DNA from: Melioribacteraceae bacterium
Lineage (GTDB): Bacteria; Bacteroidota; Ignavibacteria; Ignavibacteriales; Melioribacteraceae
Assembly (NCBI GenBank): GCA_019638015.1
Contig: JAHBUP010000001.1
Span: forward strand, 1,146,424-1,210,423
Length of the DNA: 64,000 nucleotides
Reading direction: 5' to 3'
The position numbers and the translations under genes are program-made. The notes under the pieces are model-generated. The model worked only from the letters and a program-made list of their open reading frames with translations. It made no database searches and had not been told where the DNA came from. Of the stretch, positions 57,331 to 64,000 are shown one piece after another. How positions within the stretch are numbered: the first letter of the stretch is position 1; the number at the start of each line of letters is the position of its first letter.

Positions 57331-59064
57331 ATGAGCGAAGTACAAAAGATTATAGATAAAAATAAAGAAGCGGTTATCATTCCGGATGGAATTGCGGTAA
57401 TCGGCAAAGATTTAAAATTAATTGTTTTTAATGAAGCCGCTTCTCGAATCACATTTTATGAAGAAGATGAAATTATTGGTCTTGATTGCACTATTCTTTT
57501 CTCTGAATGTTTGCATGAGCTAAAATTTGTTTCAGAATCATTAATGAATAATCGCACGTTTACAAATCTGGCAATTAACATTACCGACAAAAGAGGAAAT
57601 GTTAAAAATGTACTCGCATCAATTACTCCTATAACAAAAGATGACTCCGTCTTGAGTGTGGTTTTTGTCTTTCGTGATACTAAAGAGATGCTTTCCTTAT
57701 CCGATGAACTAGAGGAGAGAACATCGGAACTTATTGATCAAAAGAACAAATTGGATGCAATCTTTAACAGCAATATTGAGGGAACGTTTACAATCGATAA
57801 TGATTGGAATGTTACTTCATTTAATAATTCGGCGGAAAAGATTACTGGATATAAAAAATCCGAAGCTGTAGGTAAAAAATGCTGGGATATATTTAATTCC
57901 TCTTTATGCCGGAATGGTTGTCATATGGAACAGACCATTCGAAAAGGAAAACCAATGATTGGAAACGAACTCGAAATTCTGCATAAAGGAGGTAAGAAAA
58001 TTCCAATCCGCCTGAATTCCGGAATTCTGATTAATAATAGAAAAGAAAATATTGGAGCGGTTGAAACATTTATTGATATATCGGAAATCAGAAATTTATC
58101 TGAGCATCTAAATGAATTTTTTAAGTATGAAAATATAGTTGGTAGAAATAAAGAGATCACCCAAATATTCTCGGTGCTTGAAAGCGTGGCACAAACCGAT
58201 TCATCGGTTTTAATTACCGGAGAGAGTGGAACCGGTAAAGAGTTGGCCGCAAGGGCAATTCATTTAAATAGTTCAAGGAGAACAGGCCCCTTTATTGCCG
58301 TTAATTGCAGCGCGTTCGTTGAATCACTAATTGAAAGTGAATTATTTGGACATGAAAAGGGAGCTTTTACCGGAGCAATTAAAACAAAGATTGGACGGTT
58401 CGAATTGGCACAAGGGGGAACTTTATTTTTGGATGAGATTGGTGATCTATCTATTGCCGTTCAAACAAAATTATTAAGGGTTCTAGAGACTCGTGAGTTT
58501 GAACGAGTGGGTGGAAATAAATCTATTAAAATGGAAACAAGAATAATAGCCGCGACCAACAAGAATTTTAATGAAGAAATTTCAGCGGGTAGATTTCGAG
58601 AAGATCTCTTTTATAGAATAAATGTGATTAATATTCATTTGCCACCTCTTAGAGAAAGAATGGATGATCTTCCACTACTCGTAAATCATTTTATTCAAAG
58701 TTTTAACAAAAAATTCAATAAGAATATTAAACAGTTTTCATCCAATGCTTATGATATTTTAATGGAATACGATTGGGCGGGAAATATTCGGGAATTGGAA
58801 AATGTTATTGAGCATTGTTTTGTATTATGCAATAGTGACATAATTCAAGTTGAGTGTCTTCCAAAAAGATTAAGAGAAGCTGAAAGAAATAAGATTTCTA
58901 GGAAAAATGCCGATCCTCCAACAGGATTTTCCGAAGTCGAAAAAGGATTTATAATTTCAGTATTAGAAAAAAATAATTGGAATAGAACAAACGCGGCTAA
59001 GGAATTAAAGATCGACACATCAACGTTGTGGCGAAAAATGAAAAAATTCAAAATTCTACGATAA
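57331..59064 (+). CDS. Sigma-54-dependent transcriptional activator (PAS-PAS-AAA+-HTH)
   Basis: Two N-terminal PAS-like modules, Walker A GESGTGKE, sigma-54 contact loop GAFTGA ([15 protein letters not shown]), and a C-terminal Fis-type HTH. Confidence 0.93.
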   Translation: MSEVQKIIDKNKEAVIIPDGIAVIGKDLKLIVFNEAASRITFYEEDEIIGLDCTILFSECLHELKFVSESLMNNRTFTNLAINITDKRGNVKNVLASITPITKDDSVLSVVFVFRDTKEMLSLSDELEERTSELIDQKNKLDAIFNSNIEGTFTIDNDWNVTSFNNSAEKITGYKKSEAVGKKCWDIFNSSLCRNGCHMEQTIRKGKPMIGNELEILHKGGKKIPIRLNSGILINNRKENIGAVETFIDISEIRNLSEHLNEFFKYENIVGRNKEITQIFSVLESVAQTDSSVLITGESGTGKELAARAIHLNSSRRTGPFIAVNCSAFVESLIESELFGHEKGAFTGAIKTKIGRFELAQGGTLFLDEIGDLSIAVQTKLLRVLETREFERVGGNKSIKMETRIIAATNKNFNEEISAGRFREDLFYRINVINIHLPPLRERMDDLPLLVNHFIQSFNKKFNKNIKQFSSNAYDILMEYDWAGNIRELENVIEHCFVLCNSDIIQVECLPKRLREAERNKISRKNADPPTGFSEVEKGFIISVLEKNNWNRTNAAKELKIDTSTLWRKMKKFKILR

Positions 59065-59219
59065 ACTAAAAAGAAAGATTTGTTGAATTTTCTTTCATTA
59101 ATCTCTTATTAAAATTAAAAAGGATGAGCTGAGCCGGAAATGAAAATTCTAAAATGAATTTTTATTTATTCAGAGATGTTATTAATTGCAAAAAATAGAT
59201 AAGATAAAAGGTAAGTAGT

Positions 59220-60092
59220 ATGAACAGAAGAGACTTCATTAAAATTAGTTCGCTGGCGGGAAGCGCCCTCGCAATTTCACCCATGCCGCTATTTATGGCT
59301 GATAATGTAAATAAAAAGTATGCTAACGATATTGTAACTCTTGGGAAAACGGGTATCAAAGTTTCACGATTAGCAATGGGAACCGGTACCCACGGAATTA
59401 ACAGAACTTCAAATCAATCGAGAAAGCTTGGAGTTAAAGGACTGGCAGATTTGCTGAATATTGCATTTGATAAAGGAATAAATTTCTGGGATTCCGCTGA
59501 TCAGTATGGAACTCATCCACACTTAAAAGAAGCGTTAAAAAATATTCAACGAGATAAAGTAGTAATATTATCAAAAACCCATGCAACAACCGAAAAGGAA
59601 ATGAGAGATGATCTTGACCGTTTTCGTAAAGAAATTGGAACAGACTACATTGATATAATTCTTCTACATTTTATGACCGATCCTAAATGGCCGGAAAAGA
59701 AAAAGGGTGCTATGGAAATTTTGGCTAAAGCTCGTGAGGAAGGTATAATTCGAGCTCATGGAGTTTCCTGCCACTCACTTGGAGCATTGGAAGCCGCAGC
59801 AAATTCGGATTGGGTACAGATTGATCTTGCCCGTATAAATCCATTTGGTGCTTCAATGGATGCCGATGTACCGACGGTGGAAAAAATTCTTAAAAGAATG
59901 CATGCTGATGGAAAAGGTATTGTTGGTATGAAAATTTTTGGCGGAGGACAATTAGTTAATAAAGTTGATGAGTGTTTGAAATATGTACTAAAACAAGATT
60001 TTGTTGATGCTTTTACAATCGGGCAGGAGAATCAAGCTCAACTTGAAGATTTATTGGTAAGAATTCCGGCGGTAAGCATATCTAAAAATTAA
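59220..60092 (+). CDS. Aldo/keto reductase with twin-arginine (Tat) signal peptide
   Basis: N-terminus MNRRDFIKISSLAGSALAISP is a Tat consensus (S/T-RRxFLK-like). AKR core segments (FWDSADQYG, ILLHF). Confidence 0.85.
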   Translation: MNRRDFIKISSLAGSALAISPMPLFMADNVNKKYANDIVTLGKTGIKVSRLAMGTGTHGINRTSNQSRKLGVKGLADLLNIAFDKGINFWDSADQYGTHPHLKEALKNIQRDKVVILSKTHATTEKEMRDDLDRFRKEIGTDYIDIILLHFMTDPKWPEKKKGAMEILAKAREEGIIRAHGVSCHSLGALEAAANSDWVQIDLARINPFGASMDADVPTVEKILKRMHADGKGIVGMKIFGGGQLVNKVDECLKYVLKQDFVDAFTIGQENQAQLEDLLVRIPAVSISKN

Positions 60093-60117
60093 TAATGAAT
60101 ATTTACAAGAACTATTT

Positions 60118-61566
60118 TTATTGATGATTATAGTTTAGAATACTTTCTGCCATACCCTCAAAAACAAAATGATGAAAGGGAAGAACTGAATACCAATACA
60201 ATCTTCCTAATAAACCCCGTGGACGAAAAGTAGCCGTCTGTTTGAGATATTTATTTTCATCTTCTTTATCTATTTTGAATTCGAGCCAGGCTTCACCCGG
60301 CAGTTTCATTTCAGCATAAAGCAGAAGCCGTTTATTATTTTTATCGGCTACAAGTACACGCCAAAAATCGAGTGTATCGCCAGCATAAATTTCCGATTTA
60401 TTTGTTCTTCCTCTTCGTAATCCCACCCCGCCAAATATTTTGTCAATAAAACCTCTTAAAACCCAGAGCCAATTTGAATAGTACCAACCCCGCTCACCAC
60501 CAATTGCCCAAATATTCTCTAAAACTTTTTCATCATCATTTTTAATCTTTTTTTTCCTCTTGTCAATAAAACAACCATTCGTAGGTATGTTAATATTTTC
60601 GAGAAGTGAATTGCCGGAGTAACTTGAGATCAATGAATCTTTCCAGCTGGAAATAACATTATTCTGTTCTATTTTTTGAAATGCCAATTGAACAGCATCT
60701 TTATAAGTTAGTGGATTAATGTTCAGGATTTTTTCGAGATCATTATTTTTTGCGATCACTTCAATTTTCATACTATTAACTAGATTAACAGCCAATTTAT
60801 ATGAAGTTGATGTAACAAAATAGAGCCAGTAAGATGATAGGCGCGGCGTCATTACCGGTACTGTTGTAATAAATCTTTTTAATCCTCTCACTTCTGCAAA
60901 TTGTAACAGCATTTCTTTATATGAAAGAATATCAGATCCGCCTATATCATAAGATTTATTATACAACTCGGGTTTTAATAAAACTCCGGTTAAGTACTCG
61001 AGCACATTTCTAATTGCAATTGGTTGATGTTTTGTGTTCAACCATTTCGGGGTTATCATAATTGGCAATTTTTCTACGAGATCTCTAATAATCTCAAATG
61101 AAGCACTTCCCGAACCAACAATTATTCCGGCTTTCAATGTAGTCAGTGGTATTTTACTTTTACCTAAAATTTCTTCAACTCTTTTTCTTGATGCCAAATG
61201 TTTAGAAAGTTTTTGTTCGTTCGACATCCCCCCAAGGTATATAATTTGTTTTATTGAGCTACCTTCCACAAGTTTTAGAAAATTATTAGCGGAGAGTTCT
61301 TCCAATTTCTCAAAATCAGTGAGGTTAGAACTCATTGAGTGAATAAGATAATATGCGGCATCAATATCATGTAAAATTTCAGGAGAAGAATTTTCTTTCA
61401 GAAAATCTATTTCATATAAAATTATTCTCGAGTTTTTATAAACTCCTTCAGGTGGGAAACGTTTTTTATCCCTAACACAGCAAACAACTTCATGCCCTTG
61501 TTCCAAAAGCAGAGGAAGTAATCTTTTCCCAATATAGCCGTTAGCACCGGTCAACAAAATTTTCAT
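60118..61566 (-). CDS. NAD(P)-binding (NmrA/atypical SDR) domain fused to DUF2867-like C-terminal domain
   Basis: MKILLTGANGYIGKRL Rossmann motif. The long C-terminal region resembles DUF2867 fusions. Length 482 aa. Confidence 0.75.
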   Translation of the reverse strand: MKILLTGANGYIGKRLLPLLLEQGHEVVCCVRDKKRFPPEGVYKNSRIILYEIDFLKENSSPEILHDIDAAYYLIHSMSSNLTDFEKLEELSANNFLKLVEGSSIKQIIYLGGMSNEQKLSKHLASRKRVEEILGKSKIPLTTLKAGIIVGSGSASFEIIRDLVEKLPIMITPKWLNTKHQPIAIRNVLEYLTGVLLKPELYNKSYDIGGSDILSYKEMLLQFAEVRGLKRFITTVPVMTPRLSSYWLYFVTSTSYKLAVNLVNSMKIEVIAKNNDLEKILNINPLTYKDAVQLAFQKIEQNNVISSWKDSLISSYSGNSLLENINIPTNGCFIDKRKKKIKNDDEKVLENIWAIGGERGWYYSNWLWVLRGFIDKIFGGVGLRRGRTNKSEIYAGDTLDFWRVLVADKNNKRLLLYAEMKLPGEAWLEFKIDKEDENKYLKQTATFRPRGLLGRLYWYSVLPFHHFVFEGMAESILNYNHQ

Positions 61567-61596
61567 AACTATTATCTCAAAGTCTCACAAATAATT

Positions 61597-63117
61597 TTAT
61601 AAAGAATAATATAATGAAGCACCGGGCCCAACTGGCAATCCAAACGCAAACCATACAATAAAAAGTAAAGTCCATATTATAAAGAAAACAATAGTGTAAG
61701 GCAGCATAACTGAAATAAGTGTTCCTATACCTGCATTTTTATCATACTTATTTATAAAAGTAATAATAAGCGCGAAGTAAGACATCATTGGAGAAATTAT
61801 ATTTGTAACACTATCGCCAACTCTGTATGCGGCTTGCACCAGCTCAGGTGAATAACCCAATAACATAAACATTGGAATAAAGATTGGGGCCATAATTGCC
61901 CATTTAGCTGATGCGCTTCCAATAAAAAGATTAATAATGGCAGTCATTATTATAAACATTATCATCAATGGAATTGGACCTAGTCCCGAGTATTTTAATA
62001 ATTGAGCTCCCTCAACTGCTAAAATCTGACCGAGATTAGTCCAGTTAAAAAACGCAACAAATTGTGCGGCAAAAAATACAAGAACAATATAGGAACCCAG
62101 AGTTTCCATTGATTTATTCATTCCTTTAATCACATCATTATCGGACTTAATTGTTTTTGCGCCAATTCCATAGGCCAATCCTGCCACTAATCCACCAAGG
62201 AAAATAAACGCAACTATCCCGCTTAAGAATGGGGATTTAAGAATACTTCCGGTTTTGGGATCTCTCAAGAAACCATTTTCTGGAATGATTCCAATTAAAA
62301 TAATACCAAGGAATATTGTAACGGCGATTCCGGCATACACTAATCCGGTTTTTTCATTCATTGATAATTCTTTTATCTCTTCAACTTCAGTCGTTCCCTG
62401 GTAGCTGCCTAATCTTGGAATTACAATTTTCTCGGTTATCCATGTTCCTGCCGCCGCAATAAAAAAAGTTGAAACAAAAAGAAAGTAATAATTTGCTGCT
62501 GCGTTAACTTCATAAGCTGGATTTATTATGTGTGCTGCTTCCTGAGTTAAACCTGCAAGGAGGGGATCAATTGTTCCAAGAAGAAGATTAGCACTGTACC
62601 CGCCGGAGACTCCAGCAAATGCCGCGGCTAATCCGGCAATTGGATTTCGCCCGACTGCTAAAAATATCATCGCTGAAAGGGGAACTAGCAATACATATCC
62701 AATTTCACTTGCTGTGTTGGACATGATGCCGGAAAATACAATTACAAACGTTAGTAATTTTTTAGGGGCTTTAATAACCAGCAAACGCAATGATGTTCCT
62801 ATCAATCCGCTGTGTTCTGCAACAGCAATTCCTAATAGTGAAACAAGCACAGTCCCTAGTGGTGCAAACGCGGTAAAATTGGTGATTAAATTTGCAATTA
62901 TTTTGTGAAGTCCTTCAATCGAGAGAAGACTTATAGGTCTTATCACTTTATCAGAGCCGGGGAGTGTTACCGAAATATTAAACTGGGAAACAAACCAGGA
63001 AAGTATGATTACGCCAAAAGCGAAAAGTGCAAATAATGTTGTGGGATTTGGTAATTTATTTCCAACTTTCTCAATCGCTGCTAATGATTTTTCTATCAAA
63101 CTCTTTGAGTTTGCCAT
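61597..63117 (-). CDS. AbgT family transporter (p-aminobenzoyl-glutamate / antimetabolite efflux family)
   Basis: N-terminal [15 protein letters not shown] signature and about 12 TM helices. Length 506 aa. Confidence 0.88.
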   Translation of the reverse strand: MANSKSLIEKSLAAIEKVGNKLPNPTTLFALFAFGVIILSWFVSQFNISVTLPGSDKVIRPISLLSIEGLHKIIANLITNFTAFAPLGTVLVSLLGIAVAEHSGLIGTSLRLLVIKAPKKLLTFVIVFSGIMSNTASEIGYVLLVPLSAMIFLAVGRNPIAGLAAAFAGVSGGYSANLLLGTIDPLLAGLTQEAAHIINPAYEVNAAANYYFLFVSTFFIAAAGTWITEKIVIPRLGSYQGTTEVEEIKELSMNEKTGLVYAGIAVTIFLGIILIGIIPENGFLRDPKTGSILKSPFLSGIVAFIFLGGLVAGLAYGIGAKTIKSDNDVIKGMNKSMETLGSYIVLVFFAAQFVAFFNWTNLGQILAVEGAQLLKYSGLGPIPLMIMFIIMTAIINLFIGSASAKWAIMAPIFIPMFMLLGYSPELVQAAYRVGDSVTNIISPMMSYFALIITFINKYDKNAGIGTLISVMLPYTIVFFIIWTLLFIVWFAFGLPVGPGASLYYSL

Positions 63118-63297
63118 TCTTCCTCTCTATTTGTGAATTATCTTAATAACATATTTTTTCCCTAAACTATTCCCAATTAAATACCTTTTTTCACTTTTAT
63201 TTAGCAAAATCTACTCAATTCACTGATGAATTAAATGAAGTAAACTATTTCGACGAAATAATAGTTAGCTAATCTATCTTTTCAAAAGGAGTCAAAT

Positions 63298-63558
63298 ATG
63301 AATAAGACTCAGAGGTACATTGTAAGTGGCTTTATTGTAACCGTAATAGTTTTATTAATAATTTGGATTTCTGCTGGTTCTGAAATCTTTACTAAAACTC
63401 AAGTTTTAGTTGAAAGGAAGGATGAACTTTTTGGCTGGACCGAAAAAGTATGGGAGGATAAATTTATTTGGGGACTTGATCTAACCTTAATTTTGGCTTT
63501 TTGTAGTGCTATCATCACCGGATCATTATTTTTTCTTTTTAGAACCAAAAAACGATGA
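63298..63558 (+). CDS. Hypothetical two-TM small membrane protein
   Basis: 86-aa ORF with N- and C-terminal hydrophobic helices. No family recognised. Confidence 0.35.
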   Translation: MNKTQRYIVSGFIVTVIVLLIIWISAGSEIFTKTQVLVERKDELFGWTEKVWEDKFIWGLDLTLILAFCSAIITGSLFFLFRTKKR

Positions 63559-63606
63559 ACTATCTTATTATCAAGAATGTTTCTATCTTATATAAATGGA
63601 GCTGTG

Positions 63607-64000
63607 ATGAAGAAGTTAGTTAGAATTTCTTTTTTAGCACTAATAATCATCAACACAATACAAGCGCAATCATTTAAAACCGATATAAAAAATCCTTCAA
63701 AATTTATATTTAGTGATAAGATAGAAGGCAATCAAATAACATTTTCTAGTTCAACCCCATTAGAAGATTTCACCGGCTCAGCAAGTTCTATTTCGGGAGA
63801 GGTTTTTTTTAACCAAGCTGATTTTTCAAAATCGCTCAAAGGTACTTTTACAGTAAAAGTGAAATCGATCAACACAGGAATAGGATTACGAAACAAGCAT
63901 CTTCAAAGTAAGGATTGGCTCAACGAACCAAAATTTCCCGATATCACTTTTGAGTTAAAATCAATAACAGATTTAAAACAAATTTCTGATAATAAACTAT
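63607..64000 (+). CDS. YceI-like periplasmic protein, 3' end cut by window edge
   Basis: ATG at 63607, open to the window end and absent from the ORF track because no stop is reached. Signal peptide MKKLVRISFLALIIINTIQA. YceI-type segments FTVKVKSINTGIGLRNKHLQSKDWL..KFPDITF. Confidence 0.75.
   Translation, partial: MKKLVRISFLALIIINTIQAQSFKTDIKNPSKFIFSDKIEGNQITFSSSTPLEDFTGSASSISGEVFFNQADFSKSLKGTFTVKVKSINTGIGLRNKHLQSKDWLNEPKFPDITFELKSITDLKQISDNKL

Noticed and set aside
1-64000. Search for CRISPR arrays, IS elements, integrases, prophage or toxin-antitoxin/defence gene pairs
   Set aside because: I saw no regularly spaced direct repeats and no transposase, integrase, recombinase or phage structural signatures in any ORF. 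The only mobile-looking items are the two small cassettes reported as findings.

Overview
This is an AT-rich chromosomal segment from a Gram-negative anaerobe. It is probably Ignavibacteria-like or otherwise FCB-group: two secreted proteins carry T9SS C-terminal sorting domains (NYPNPFNP...), and the window also encodes LPS core genes (waaA, GT9), a GTP-PEPCK and a Na+-pumping methylmalonyl-CoA decarboxylase. I can support about 60 protein genes, one tRNA-Asn, several hairpin terminators and two small repeat systems. I saw no CRISPR array, rRNA, transposase or integrase.

Most of the window is housekeeping:
- Translation and tRNA modification: leuS, serS, murI, glnD, queC, queF, tsaC.
- Central carbon metabolism: fbp and pckG.
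- Transport: an ABC exporter pair and an AbgT transporter.
- Secreted enzymes: an S9 peptidase, an M1 peptidase and a pullulanase.

Four regions deserve a second look:
1. 50.7-59.1 kb, possibly extending down to 48.5 kb. A tightly packed minus-strand cluster sits divergent from a PAS/sigma-54 activator. It encodes a radical SAM protein, an Mrp/NBP35 ATPase, a CGGC-domain protein, a DUF5320-like protein, three NifX-like domains, two MinD-ferredoxin ATPases and an embedded peroxiredoxin. No nitrogenase or other obvious client enzyme is present. I read it as an uncharacterised metallocluster assembly, carrier or repair module, and it is my best candidate for the undescribed system.
2. 39.5-40.4 kb. 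A four-helix-bundle gene (23S rRNA intervening-sequence protein family) lies inside the methylmalonyl-CoA mutase/epimerase/decarboxylase operon. It is bracketed by inverted repeats that could form a long-range RNA stem.
3. 42.3-42.75 kb. A small GIY-YIG nuclease gene is wedged between tRNA-Asn and a degenerate second copy of that tRNA's 3' half.
4. 43-47 kb. An envelope thiol-redox and outer-membrane cluster ends in a T9SS-sorted CxxC protein.

All family calls come from reading motifs in the supplied translations. No database search was run.
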